A DNA stretch of 64,000 nucleotides from Chloroflexota bacterium (GTDB lineage: Bacteria > Chloroflexota > UBA11872): NCBI GenBank assembly GCA_022820025.1, contig JAJEGF010000025.1:145522-209521 (forward strand), in the 5' to 3' direction. Below, in pieces: positions 40,329 through 50,497 of the stretch (within the stretch, counting starts at the first letter, position 1; each line of letters begins with the position of its first letter). The translations under genes were made by a program, and so were the position numbers. Under the pieces are notes generated by a model. That model made no database searches. It was not told where the DNA came from and saw only the letters and a program-made list of their open reading frames with translations.

Positions 40329-41854
40329 AGTCCGCGTTCCTCCAGATCCGCCAGGAACCAGTTGCCGTACGGGAGCGGCTGGCGGTAGCCGGGACGGTCG
40401 GCGGCGGCCGACCAGCCGCGCAACCGCAACTGCCGGGTGATCAGAGCATCGGCTCGCTCCAGATAGGCGGCCGCGTCCTCGTTACCCCGCCGCACCGGCG
40501 CTATCGCGTCGCCGGTCAATGCGTGCCAGGCCTTGGCGCCTGGGTGCGCCGGGCTGAGCATGGCCCGGGTCGTCGCCTGGATCAGCGGGGTGCGGTTGTA
40601 CGGCCGCCGGTTGGGGTTCAGAAAGGCGGGATCGTCCAGCGTCTCAGGCCTCGCGGGCGTCACCAGGCTGGTTCGGGCCAGGGCGCGCTGGGCGGGCGCG
40701 CTCAGCAGAAAGCGCGCGAAAACCCAGGCCGCGTCGGGTTCGGAACTGGCCGCAGGCACGGCCACGCAGAGTTCCTCGGCCTCGGTCAGGACGTCGCGGT
40801 CGTCCCAGGCCGGCAGTGGCGCCACGGCCCAGGGCACGCTGGCGCGGATCCAGCGTCCGACGTCGGTGCGATCGATGTGCATGGACGCCAGGCCTCCACT
40901 GAACGGCGCCACGAAACGAAACGAGATTGGTAATTCAATGGCCAGCGTGGTCTGCCAGCCAGTCAGACGCTGCAGGCGGGCCTGGCGTTGCGGAGTAGCC
41001 ATCGTGGAGGCGCGTTGCGCGGCGTCCAGGAAACTGCCGTCGCCTGCCTCGGCCAAGACGGGGCGCGCGTAGGCTGGAATGGCGGTGAGACCGAATCGTT
41101 CAACCCGATCGCCGTCCGCGACCACGAGCCGACGGGCCGCTTCCTCGAACTCCGCCACTGACCAGGCTCGGTTCCAGGTGACGGGCGCCTCGACGCCAGC
41201 ATCTTCGAGGTGATCCTCGTTGTAGAGCACGCACTGATGCGCGGCGCCGAGGCTGAGCGCGGATCGCTCACCGCCGGCCCCGGTCCGAGACGCGGCGGCA
41301 GCCGGCGCCGCGCCCCGCAACTCGGCGTCGGCATCGATCCGCGCGCCCAGACCGTGCAGAAAGCCGGCGGCCGTAAAGTCAAAGACGTCCTCCGGGGCGA
41401 GGCGCGAGACGTCGGGACCTTCGCCTATCCGGAGACGCGTGCGCAGTCCATCGGAGTTCAGCGCGTTGTCAAGGCGAGCCTGGACGTCAATCCACGGGGC
41501 TTGCCGCCGGAACTCCCGCTCGATTCCGGGAAAGGCCTCCAACAGCACGCGTGGCCCCCAGGCTTCGAAGTGGATCGTGGCCGCGGCGGCTCGCGGTACG
41601 CCGACCGCCGCCGGCATCGCCGCCGCGAAGGTCTCCGGTGTGGGCGTCGGTAGCGGCGGCGGCTGAACCACGGCTGCCGGAGGCTGCGTGACCGGCGGAA
41701 GCTCGCGGTCCATACGATCCAAGGTGCAGGCCGCCAGGAGCCCGCCCGCCGCGGCAAGCGCGCCGCGCAGCAGGTCTCGTCGTGAGCGTGCTTCCGACCT
41801 GGCTGCAAGACGGTGCCGGCGACCTTCGCGCGCGGCCGGACGACGCCGGCTCAC
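40325..41854 (-). CDS. Extracellular solute-binding lipoprotein (Tat signal)
   Basis: SRRDLL twin-arginine motif plus LAAC lipobox; LYNEDHL, TWN, AWVFARFLLS. Confidence 0.8.
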   Translation of the reverse strand: MSRRRPAAREGRRHRLAARSEARSRRDLLRGALAAAGGLLAACTLDRMDRELPPVTQPPAAVVQPPPLPTPTPETFAAAMPAAVGVPRAAAATIHFEAWGPRVLLEAFPGIEREFRRQAPWIDVQARLDNALNSDGLRTRLRIGEGPDVSRLAPEDVFDFTAAGFLHGLGARIDADAELRGAAPAAAASRTGAGGERSALSLGAAHQCVLYNEDHLEDAGVEAPVTWNRAWSVAEFEEAARRLVVADGDRVERFGLTAIPAYARPVLAEAGDGSFLDAAQRASTMATPQRQARLQRLTGWQTTLAIELPISFRFVAPFSGGLASMHIDRTDVGRWIRASVPWAVAPLPAWDDRDVLTEAEELCVAVPAASSEPDAAWVFARFLLSAPAQRALARTSLVTPARPETLDDPAFLNPNRRPYNRTPLIQATTRAMLSPAHPGAKAWHALTGDAIAPVRRGNEDAAAYLERADALITRQLRLRGWSAAADRPGYRQPLPYGNWFLADLEERGL

Positions 41855-41889
41855 GCCCGCGCCGCGCCGGGCCTTGGTCTCACAGATGA

Positions 41890-44160
41890 TTGGCAAACCC
41901 TGGTCGAATGCTGCTCACTGGCTATTCTGACCACAATCCTGTTACGACTCGCGAATTCGAAAGGCGTCGCGCCATCGACCTGTTGCTCTGGGCAGGCGCC
42001 TTGGCGGTGTTGTCCATTCTCGGGGTGCCGTGGGCGTTTGTGCTGTGTCGCAGTTTGCCCTCGCGTGGTGTGCTGCTGGCTGCGCCGGTTGGGCTGTTCC
42101 TTGCCCATTATCTCGCCTGGCTTGGGCTTTTCACCGGGCTGTTTCCCAATGGGCGAGGTTATGCGGTAGGCGCCCTGCTGACGTTTGCCGCCCTCAGCGC
42201 CGCCCTGGCCTGGAAACTGCGTCCACGACTGCCTGACCTCCGTGGCCGGCAGCGGCTGTGGCTGGCGGGCTGCATCGCGTTGCTCGGGCTCTTCGCGGTG
42301 GGCGCCGGACTGCGCTGGCTCAATCCCGAGATCAGCGGAACCGAAAAGCCGATGGACCTGGCGTTGCTCAATGCTGCTGCTCGCGCTACATCCTTCCCTC
42401 CGCCCGATCCATGGTTTGCCGGGGAGACTGTCAACTATTACTACCTCGGCTATTCAATGGCCGCCTTTGGGGTCCATCTCAGCGGCGCCGAGGCGGGCGT
42501 TGGCTACAACCTGGCCCTGGCTGCGCTTTTCGCGCTCGGCGCAGTGGCCGCCGCTTCGGCCGGTTACGACCTGGCCATGCTCACCGGTGCCGGAAAGCGC
42601 GCCCGGAGAGCGGCGGCGGGGCTGGCGCTGGGACTGACCATGCTGGCCGGCAACCTGGCCGTGCTGCGCGACATCTTCTCCGACAGCGCGGACACGCCCA
42701 CCGATTTCTGGCGCGGCATCGGGTGGAATGCCTCGCGGACGATTCAACGCGAGGAGGCCGGCCAGGTGATCGACTACACGATCAACGAGTTTCCCGCCTT
42801 CTCCTTCATCCTGGGCGACCTGCACCCGCACGTGATGGCGCTGCCGGTCACGCTGGTGGCCGTCTCGCTGGCGGTGCAGTGGATTGTTGCGGCGTTGCCG
42901 CCTGCGCACGATTCACTGGCTGGGCGTCTCTCGCGCGGCGCGCTGACCGGGCTGGTGCTGGGCGGTCTGTATGCGCTGAATGCGTGGGACGCGCCCACGT
43001 TTGCGGGCCTGGTGCTGGCGGGAGGCGTGGTCATAGCCTGGCGCAAGCGATCACGGCTGCTGGCCCTCTTGCCGCCAACCGCCACGGCGCTGATCGTGGG
43101 CGTCGTCGCCTGGTTGCCTTATACGCTGGACTATTCACCCGGTAGTCGTGGGATCGGCGTGGTGGCGGTACGAAGCGAGGCGGTGGATTACGTCCAGGTC
43201 TTCGGGCTTCTGCTGGCCGCGGCTGTCGTGACGCTGGCTGTCTTGCTCTGGGATGTGCGACCGGATGGCCGCTGGATTCTGGTCGTGCTGTTTGTCGCCG
43301 GAATCGGGGCTACGCTGATAGCCCGTGGAGAGATTGTTGCGGCGCTGGCCGCTCTCTTCGTCCTCAGCCTCTACGCGCTCTGGTCGCACCGCGGAGATCC
43401 CGGTCTGGCGGCGCTGCTATGGCTGCTGGTTGCGGGACTGGGACTACTGACGGTTGTCGAGGCTCTTTATGTTGACGACTTCTTTGGGGCGCCCAACGAA
43501 CGCATGAACACCGTGTTCAAGCTGCATTATCAGGCTTGGAGCTTGCTGGCCATTGCCGCCGGACCGGGCCTGGTTCTGGCCTGGCGACGTCTCGCCCAAC
43601 CCGGCGGTCTACGCCTGAGGTTGGCGCGCACGGCGGCGGTTTCGGCTTTCGTTCTGCTCGCGGTCCCGGCGCTGGCCTACCCGATTGTCGCTACCAAGGC
43701 CAAGACGGAGGCCAGCTTGGTTTCCGGATCGCTGGACGGGCTGGCCGCCGCACGGCTCAGTCGCCCGTCAGAGGTCGCGGCGGCCGAGTGGTTGCGGACG
43801 CACGCTCGGGGCGACACCGTGTTGCTAGAAGCGCCCGGTCGCCCGTATTCCAGCGACTCGCGTATGTCCACGTGGACCGGGATACCCACCGTAATCGGCT
43901 GGACGCAGCACGAAGAACTCTGGCGAGAGTCTGATCCCCGAATCGACGCTCGAACGGCCGACATCAACACCGCGTACCAGACCGAAGACTCCGAGTTGCG
44001 GCGTGCCGTGTTGGACCGCTATGGCGTCACGCATGTGGTGGCCGGCGATAGCGAGCGAAACCGATATGGGCCCGAGGTATTCGAGCGCTTACGCCAGGAC
44101 TTCACCGTGGCCTACAGCAACGGTGGGACCACTGTTTTCCAGGTTGACGCATCTCCGTGA
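41890..44160 (+). CDS. DUF2298 / Chlor_Arch_YYY membrane protein (GT-C-like)
   Basis: GTEKPMD, PPPDPWFAGETVNYYYLG, INEFPAFSFILGDLHPH, RMNTVFKLHYQ; start uncertain. Confidence 0.88.
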   Translation: MANPGRMLLTGYSDHNPVTTREFERRRAIDLLLWAGALAVLSILGVPWAFVLCRSLPSRGVLLAAPVGLFLAHYLAWLGLFTGLFPNGRGYAVGALLTFAALSAALAWKLRPRLPDLRGRQRLWLAGCIALLGLFAVGAGLRWLNPEISGTEKPMDLALLNAAARATSFPPPDPWFAGETVNYYYLGYSMAAFGVHLSGAEAGVGYNLALAALFALGAVAAASAGYDLAMLTGAGKRARRAAAGLALGLTMLAGNLAVLRDIFSDSADTPTDFWRGIGWNASRTIQREEAGQVIDYTINEFPAFSFILGDLHPHVMALPVTLVAVSLAVQWIVAALPPAHDSLAGRLSRGALTGLVLGGLYALNAWDAPTFAGLVLAGGVVIAWRKRSRLLALLPPTATALIVGVVAWLPYTLDYSPGSRGIGVVAVRSEAVDYVQVFGLLLAAAVVTLAVLLWDVRPDGRWILVVLFVAGIGATLIARGEIVAALAALFVLSLYALWSHRGDPGLAALLWLLVAGLGLLTVVEALYVDDFFGAPNERMNTVFKLHYQAWSLLAIAAGPGLVLAWRRLAQPGGLRLRLARTAAVSAFVLLAVPALAYPIVATKAKTEASLVSGSLDGLAAARLSRPSEVAAAEWLRTHARGDTVLLEAPGRPYSSDSRMSTWTGIPTVIGWTQHEELWRESDPRIDARTADINTAYQTEDSELRRAVLDRYGVTHVVAGDSERNRYGPEVFERLRQDFTVAYSNGGTTVFQVDASP

Positions 44161-45860
44161 GCGCCGGCACGGCACCGATCCAGAGCTGGCTGGCGCGTCC
44201 GGCATGGTTTGGCTGGACGCGCGGCGAGTGGCTGCTCTACGCCGTCATCCTGGCGCTGGCCGCGAGCCTGCGTTTTTTTGACCTTGGCGAGCGGGTCTAT
44301 CACCACGACGAAGCAATTCACGCCAAAGAGTCCAACGACATGATCAATGGCAAACAGTTCCGCTATGACCCCGCGTATCACGGTCCCCTGCTCTATTTCG
44401 GCAATGTGCTCGTGTTCCTGGCGGCCGGGGTCACCGATGCCATGGGGCGGGTGATCCCGGCGCTGTTCGGTGTAGCTTCGGTGGGTGCGCTGCTGATCTT
44501 CCGCCCGGACCTTGGGCGCACCGGCACGCCGCTGGCCATGGCGGCCATGACCCTCTCCACGTCGTTTCTTTACTACTCCCGATTCCTGCGCATGGACATT
44601 TACGTGGCGCTCTTCACCCTTCTGCTTGTCGGCTCGGTCATGCGCTATCTGGAGGCACCGCGGCGGCGCTGGATTTACCTGGCCTGGGCGGCGCTGGGAC
44701 TCTCGCTGGCGACGAAGGAGAACACCTTCATCCACGGCTTTGCGCTGCTGGTGGTTCTGATTGCCGTGGGTGGGCTGGCCGACCGCGCCAGACGCCGCGG
44801 CGCCAGCGCGTCTCCCTTGGGCGAACAGGCGCTCAACGCCTTTCGGTCGTTGGGCTACGACGTGGAGCACGTGGTCTACGGCGCCTTGACGTTCGTGCTG
44901 ATCGTCTTCGCGTTCTATACGTCGTTCCTCACGCACCTACCGGGCTTTCGCGCCGCGTTTACCAGTTCCATCGAGTACTGGACCAGCGTTCATGAGTCCG
45001 AACGGGTCAATCAGCCGTGGTTCTACTACGCGATGTTCCTGGGTCTGTATGAGCCCTTTGCGGTGGTCTTTGGCGTGGTCGCGTTGATCCGCGCGCGCCA
45101 AGCTCGTCACCTGCTGCCGCTGGTGCTGGGCGTGTGGATCGTGGTGACCTGGATCGTTTACTCCGGCGCTGGCGAAAAGGCGCCGTGGCTGGTTCTGCAC
45201 CTGCTATGGCCGCCGCTGCTGCTGGCGTGTTGGTGGGTGGGCCGCTGGTTTGACGAACCCCGGCCTCGTGTTCCTCGACTCATGGTGGGGCTGCTGAGCG
45301 CAGGGCTCCTGTGCTGGACGGTGTGGTACGCGATTCCGATCACGTACGAGCGCGGCAGCGTCCCCAACGATCTGGTCGTGTATGTGCAGACCACGGACGA
45401 CGTAAAGGAGGTTGCCGCAATCGTTGATGAGGCCGCGAGGCGGACCGGATTGGGCGACAAGCTGCCGCTGCTGATCGACAACAACTATGCGTGGCCGACC
45501 GTCTGGTACCTGCGCGACTACGCGGACGCGCTCTATACCAAGGACATGAACCTCGAAGACGCCCAACAAGCGCAGATAGTGCTGATGTCCCCTTCGAGCG
45601 CCAACATCCTCGGCATTCAGCTTCCCGAGTACGTGGGCCGCGAAATGAAGCTGCGCTGGTGGTTCCCGGAACACACCTATAAGAGTTGGGGCCTGGGATT
45701 CCTGGGCGAGTTCCTGGCGGATCCGGAGGCGCGGCGTACGTTCCTACACTGGTTGGTGACGCGCGAAGAGCCGCCAGTACCCAAGGGCTCGTATGACTTC
45801 ATGCTGTATGTGCGGACGGACTTGCTGAAGGACGGGCCGCTGGGACCGTTCCGGCTGTGA
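44157..45860 (+). CDS. TIGR03663/Agl23-like PMT-family (GT-C) membrane protein
   Basis: YHHDEAIHA, YDPAYHGP, SRFLRMD, ATKEN, EKAPWL; GTGA overlap with upstream gene. Confidence 0.85.
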   Translation: MSAGTAPIQSWLARPAWFGWTRGEWLLYAVILALAASLRFFDLGERVYHHDEAIHAKESNDMINGKQFRYDPAYHGPLLYFGNVLVFLAAGVTDAMGRVIPALFGVASVGALLIFRPDLGRTGTPLAMAAMTLSTSFLYYSRFLRMDIYVALFTLLLVGSVMRYLEAPRRRWIYLAWAALGLSLATKENTFIHGFALLVVLIAVGGLADRARRRGASASPLGEQALNAFRSLGYDVEHVVYGALTFVLIVFAFYTSFLTHLPGFRAAFTSSIEYWTSVHESERVNQPWFYYAMFLGLYEPFAVVFGVVALIRARQARHLLPLVLGVWIVVTWIVYSGAGEKAPWLVLHLLWPPLLLACWWVGRWFDEPRPRVPRLMVGLLSAGLLCWTVWYAIPITYERGSVPNDLVVYVQTTDDVKEVAAIVDEAARRTGLGDKLPLLIDNNYAWPTVWYLRDYADALYTKDMNLEDAQQAQIVLMSPSSANILGIQLPEYVGREMKLRWWFPEHTYKSWGLGFLGEFLADPEARRTFLHWLVTREEPPVPKGSYDFMLYVRTDLLKDGPLGPFRL

Positions 45861-47191
45861 AGGTTGTGATTGTTGGCGCCGGGATTACCGGGCTGGCGCT
45901 GGCGCATGAGCTGCTGAAGCGCAGGCACCAGGTGACGCTGGTGGAGGCGGCGCCGCGGCCGGGCGGAGAGCTGGCCACGGTGGAGGTGGGCGGGGAGCCG
46001 GTGGAGCGGTTCTATCACCACCTGTTCACGCATGACAGCTTCATGATCGGCCTGGCGGAGGAGCTGGGGGTTGGCGACCGGCTGGAGTGGCCGGAGCCGG
46101 AGATGGGGTACTTCCTGGGTGGACGGCTGTATCCGTTCACCTCGCCGCTGGATCTGCTGCGATTCGGAGCGTTGAGTCCGTGGGCGCGGCTGCGGCTGGG
46201 GTTGGGGTCGCTGCTGCTGCAGCGGCGGTCGGACTACGGGCCATTTGAGGACCTGACGGCGGCGGAGGTGTTGCCGCGATATATGGGGCGTGAGGCGTTT
46301 GAGGCGATATTCGCGTCGATGCTGCGGGCCAAGTTCGCGGGGCACTGGGAGTCGGTGTCGATGGCGTGGATGTGGGCGCGGCTGATGGCTCGGGCGCGCA
46401 CGCGAACGCCGGACAAGCGACGGGAGCGGCTGGGGTATTTCCGCGGGAGCTTCAGAGTGATCGTGGACGCGCTGGCGGACTCGGTGCGAGAGCGCGGGGC
46501 GGAGTTGCGGCTGGCGTCGCCGGTGCAGGAGATCACCATCGGGGAGCCGGGTGCGCCGGCGCTGCGGGTTAAGGACGAGCCGTTGGAGGCCGACGCGGTG
46601 GTGGCGACGGTAGGGTTGCCGATCATCCGGCGGTTGTTGCCGGCGTCGCGGCGGGGGTTCACCGAGTCGCTGGCGGCTACGGCGTATGTGGGGGCGTGCG
46701 TGGCGCTGATCCAGATTCGGGAGCAGCTGTCGCGCTACTACTGGACGAACATCGGCGACCGGGACCTGCCGTTTGCCGGGCTGATCGAGCACACGAACTA
46801 CGTGGACCGCGAGCGCTATGGCGGGAAGCGGCTGCTGTATGTGAGCAATTACCTGCCGCCGGAGCATGAGTTCTTCCAGCTGGATGACGATGTGCTGATC
46901 GAGCGGTTCGTGGATCCGATCGCGAAGGTGTTTCCGACGTTTCGGCGGGAGCACATCGAGCAGGCGTGGGTGTCGCGGGATCCGGTGGCGCAGCCGGTGA
47001 TCGAGGCGGGATACCAGCGGCGAAAGCCGCCGTACGCGTCGCCGATTCCGGGCTTCTATATCTGCAACACGGCCCAGATCTACCCGGAGGACCGGGGGAC
47101 GAATTACAACGTGCGAATTGCGAAGGAGTGCGCGGGGCAGCTGGAAGCGGATGCGCCGAAGCTGGTGGCGCGGCGGAGTGGGGAGTCCTAG
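45857..47191 (+). CDS. FAD-dependent oxidoreductase (amine oxidase/protoporphyrinogen oxidase-like)
   Basis: VGAGITGL, ERFYHHLF, IEHTNY, YPEDRGTN; GTGA overlap. Confidence 0.85.
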   Translation: MKVVIVGAGITGLALAHELLKRRHQVTLVEAAPRPGGELATVEVGGEPVERFYHHLFTHDSFMIGLAEELGVGDRLEWPEPEMGYFLGGRLYPFTSPLDLLRFGALSPWARLRLGLGSLLLQRRSDYGPFEDLTAAEVLPRYMGREAFEAIFASMLRAKFAGHWESVSMAWMWARLMARARTRTPDKRRERLGYFRGSFRVIVDALADSVRERGAELRLASPVQEITIGEPGAPALRVKDEPLEADAVVATVGLPIIRRLLPASRRGFTESLAATAYVGACVALIQIREQLSRYYWTNIGDRDLPFAGLIEHTNYVDRERYGGKRLLYVSNYLPPEHEFFQLDDDVLIERFVDPIAKVFPTFRREHIEQAWVSRDPVAQPVIEAGYQRRKPPYASPIPGFYICNTAQIYPEDRGTNYNVRIAKECAGQLEADAPKLVARRSGES

Positions 47192-47916
47192 GCGCCGCGC
47201 CAGACCCGGATGCGGCCGTGGTGGCCGACTTCGGGAACTGCTTGCGACACGTCGATTTGAGCGCAGAAGGTCACGTCGTCCCAGAGGCCGACGGGTTCGA
47301 GGAGATGAGCGCTGGTAGACGCGGCGAGGGCGGCGTCGGCGGAGGGGTAGGCGTTGGTGACGTGGAGGGCGGTGACGGCGGATTCGTCGAGGTTGAGGTC
47401 GGGTGACTTTGCCAGCAGGCGCTGGACGATGAGGCCGGCGGTGTAGAGGTCGTCGAGGGCGAGGGCGCCCGAGCGGCCGGCGCAGGCGATGGTGATGGTT
47501 GGGGTGTCGGGGTCCTCGAGGAGGTGGTCGGCGACGGCGGTGGCGTTGCGGAGGGCGGCGATGAAGGTGCGGCGGGCGTGGCCCCAGCGTTCGATGGCGT
47601 AGGCGCCGTTGGTGGTGGAGAGGACGGCGCGGCGGCCGGTGAGGTCGATGTGCCGGAACTCGCGGGGGGAGTTGCCGTGGTCGAATCCTTCAGGCGGGAG
47701 GCCGCCGCGTTCGCCGCAGAGGAGCGTGTTGGGGCCGAGTTGCTCGGCGGCCTGGCGGGCGGAGGCGACGTCGCCCGCGATCCAGACTTCGGGGTCGCCC
47801 GCTTCCGCCATGGCGATCAGGGTGGTGGTGGCGCGGATGACGTCGACGACTGCGCAGACGCCGCGGGGATCGGGTTCGAGGGTTCCCGGTAGTAGTTCGA
47901 CGCGGACGAGGGTCAC
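47188..47916 (-). CDS. comB: 2-phosphosulfolactate phosphatase family
   Basis: VVDVIRATTT, GERGG, GNSP, STTNG, LDD. Confidence 0.88.
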   Translation of the reverse strand: MTLVRVELLPGTLEPDPRGVCAVVDVIRATTTLIAMAEAGDPEVWIAGDVASARQAAEQLGPNTLLCGERGGLPPEGFDHGNSPREFRHIDLTGRRAVLSTTNGAYAIERWGHARRTFIAALRNATAVADHLLEDPDTPTITIACAGRSGALALDDLYTAGLIVQRLLAKSPDLNLDESAVTALHVTNAYPSADAALAASTSAHLLEPVGLWDDVTFCAQIDVSQAVPEVGHHGRIRVWRGA

Positions 47917-49277
47917 AGGCGAATGGTCTTCCAGCGGCCGGAGGTGAAGCGGACGAGGGAGGCGATGGCGATGGTGACGTAGTTGACGCCGGCGCCGATC
48001 CACATGCCGGTCAGGCCGAAGCCAAACACGAGGCCCAGGCTCAGGGCCAGGGGTACGCGGATGATCCAGAGGGCCAGCAGGGAGATCAGCAGCATGGCGC
48101 GGGTGTCCCCGGCGCCGCGGAGGGCGCCGGGCATGGTGGTGGCGACGCCCACGAGCGGCATGAAAAGGGCGACGGTGCGCACGGGGAGTTCAGCGGCGTC
48201 GAGGACGGCGGGGTCGGTGGTGAAGGTGGATAGGAGGGCGCGCGGAAACAGGAACATGAGCACGCCGACGGCGGTGGAGACCAGGGTGGCGCCGATGGCG
48301 GCCTCGCGGCCGTAGCGGTGGGCCAGCTCCGGATCGCGGGCGCCGAGGCTCTGGCCGACCGCCGTTGAGGCGGCGATGCCGAGGCCCAGGGACGGCATGT
48401 AGGCGAGCGAAATGATGGGGCCGACGACGTTCTGGGCGGCGAAGGAAACGGTGCCCAGCTGCAGGCCGATGATGCTGAAGGCCATGATGCCGCCGACGGA
48501 GATGAACATCTCGCCGACGGCGGGGCCGGAGACCTTCATCAGGCGGCGTTGCATGATCCAGTCGGGGCGATAGGAACCGAAGGCCCCGGCGCGGTGGGGT
48601 GAGCGGTAGATGGTGGCGAGCATGAAGATGGCGGTGGCAACCCGCGCGACGCCCATGGCTACGGCGATGCCGAGCAGGCCGAAGCCGGCGTTCACCAGGA
48701 GCAGGCCGATTACCAGGTCGACGGCGGCCATCAGCACCGAGCCGAGCATGGGGGTGCGGGTGTCGCCGACGCCGCGCTGGACGGCGCCGACCATGACCAC
48801 CACGGTCTGCAAGGGGGCGCTGAGGGCGCTGATGGCCAGGTATGGGGCGGCCATGGCGACGATGTCCTCGGAGCCGCCGACCAGGCGCAGGATCGGATCC
48901 GCCAGGAAGACGAGGACGAAGACGGAGATGAAGGAGGCGGCGACGGCGGTGAGCATGCCCTGGCGGCCGGCGGTGTGGGCGGTGGCGAGGTCGCGGGCGC
49001 CGTAGGAGCGGGCGACGAGGGCCAGGGCGCCGATGCTCATGCCGAAGAACAACGAGAAGGTGAAGAACATCAGGAAGTTGGAGATGCCGGCGGCGGCCAG
49101 GGCCTCGGCGCCCAGGCGGCCGGCGAGCGCGGTGTTGATCATGAACAGCGCGCTCTGCATCAGGTTCTCGAGCATGGCGGGCCAGCCGAGCGTGAAGAGG
49201 CGGCGGCGGATCTGGGGGAGGGTCAACTCGGGCTGGCCCGTGACGGGGGACGATGCGACCGCGCGTGCGGACGGCAA
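47913..49277 (-). CDS. MATE family efflux transporter
   Basis: LGWPAMLE, RGVGDTRTPM, RGAGDTR; TTG start after GGGAG. Confidence 0.9.
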   Translation of the reverse strand: MPSARAVASSPVTGQPELTLPQIRRRLFTLGWPAMLENLMQSALFMINTALAGRLGAEALAAAGISNFLMFFTFSLFFGMSIGALALVARSYGARDLATAHTAGRQGMLTAVAASFISVFVLVFLADPILRLVGGSEDIVAMAAPYLAISALSAPLQTVVVMVGAVQRGVGDTRTPMLGSVLMAAVDLVIGLLLVNAGFGLLGIAVAMGVARVATAIFMLATIYRSPHRAGAFGSYRPDWIMQRRLMKVSGPAVGEMFISVGGIMAFSIIGLQLGTVSFAAQNVVGPIISLAYMPSLGLGIAASTAVGQSLGARDPELAHRYGREAAIGATLVSTAVGVLMFLFPRALLSTFTTDPAVLDAAELPVRTVALFMPLVGVATTMPGALRGAGDTRAMLLISLLALWIIRVPLALSLGLVFGFGLTGMWIGAGVNYVTIAIASLVRFTSGRWKTIRL

Positions 49278-49444
49278 CCGGCTGCTCCCGTGCTTTGAGG
49301 TGGTGAAGGCGACCCATGCGGATTCTACGGCGGGGGGAGGAATGGGGCGGGGAAATGGGGGGCTCGCGCGCAATAAGAGTTTCTTCCAAGAAACTCTTGA
49401 GGCGGCGCGGGGTGTGTTGGGGAAGGAGCGAGGGGGGAGCAGGA

Positions 49445-49570
49445 GGTTGGGAGCATTTGGTCTGGCTGGGTAGCCAGGGGTGGCCTGGGTGAGGTCTGGT
49501 GGGTGGTTGCTGGTGGGTCCCCGCCCCGGATCGCGTCCGGGGCAGGCTCTCCGCGGCGATGACGGGGTGG
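49445..49570. repeat. Repeat unit A, copy 1 (carries nested CCCCGGATCGCGTCCGGGGCAGGCTCT)
   Basis: Exact blocks GGTTGGGAGCATTTGGT, AGCCAGGGGTGGCCTGGGTG, GATGACGGGGTGG shared with 50061-50213. Confidence 0.8.
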
Positions 49571-50010
49571 TTGCTGCTGCTTTGGCGAGGGAAAGCGCGG
49601 CGGGCAGGGGGAGCGGATGGGGCTGCGGGCGGGCGCCTGGCGGCGGACTTTGGTCTGGGGGTGAAGGGGGGAACTGTCTCCGGCTGGCCGGAGACAGTTT
49701 GGGCGGATTTTTTTGGCGGGTGGGAGGGCGGAAGGGGGAGGCGAGGAGTGCGCGTAGCGAAGTGAGAAGCGAGAAGCGGAGGGGACGGGAAAGCGAGAGC
49801 TGCGAACCGTGAGACGGGCAGGAAGGGGCGAGGGCAGGGACGTGGGATCGGAAGGGGACGGGCAGCGATGGGGAAAGGTTCAGGAGGAAGGCGAGCAGGG
49901 TGGCGAGGCGTGGGGGGAGCGGGAACGCGGCGGAGGCGAGGGGCATTCGGGGTGGGGCGGTATGTCTTACTCAGATAGAGTACGGCGTGGTACCGTGGAA
50001 GTCAAGGGGA

Positions 50011-50045
50011 AGAAGGGGAGAGGGTAGAGGGCAGAGGAGTGAGAC
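50011..50045 (+). repeat. Purine heptamer array ending AGAGGAGTGAGA (solo copy)
   Basis: agaaggg gagaggg tagaggg cagagga gtgagac. Confidence 0.75.
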
Positions 50046-50060
50046 GGAGGGGGAGTAGGT

Positions 50061-50213
50061 GGTTGGGAGCATTTGGTTGAGGCGGGTTGCCAGGGATGCG
50101 GGGATTCGGATGCATCAAGGGCTTGCGGTGATGGGAGCCAGGGGTGGCCTGGGTGCGCTGGGGTAGCGGGTTGCTGCTGGGTCCCGGCCGGGGACGCCGG
50201 GATGACGGGGTGG
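50061..50213. repeat. Repeat unit A, copy 2
   Basis: Same three exact blocks as copy 1. Confidence 0.8.
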
Positions 50214-50281
50214 GGGCCTAGGGAAGGAGTGAGCTGAGAGAAGTGAGCGTTGAGCGAAGAGCGGGAAGAGCTGGATGGCGC

Positions 50282-50377
50282 GGGAGGATTGGGCGGGTTC
50301 GGAACGGGCGATGGACGCGGACGGTCAGGCGATCAAGGGGTTGGGGTGCTGGGTGTGGGAGCGGTTTTGGGGGCGGT
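50282..50377 (+). repeat. Repeat unit B, copy 1 (about 95 bp)
   Basis: 35-bp core CGATGGACGCGGACGGTCAGGCGATCAAGGGGTTG identical at 51016-51050. Confidence 0.85.
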
Positions 50378-50497
50378 TAGGGCGCCGGAGACGGAGTCGC
50401 AGCGGGGTGGGCTGGGTATGATCGTTGACAGGATTCTTTGGGCGGCACTGGGATCCTTCAACGGGCGCGATGGGAGCGTCGCGAGAGGGGACATGGG

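Noticed and set aside
49278-49946. 223-aa N-terminal extension of the MATE ORF in the track
   Set aside because: Pro/Ser-rich translation of the G-rich repeat region; a TTG with RBS at 49277 gives a normal-length MATE
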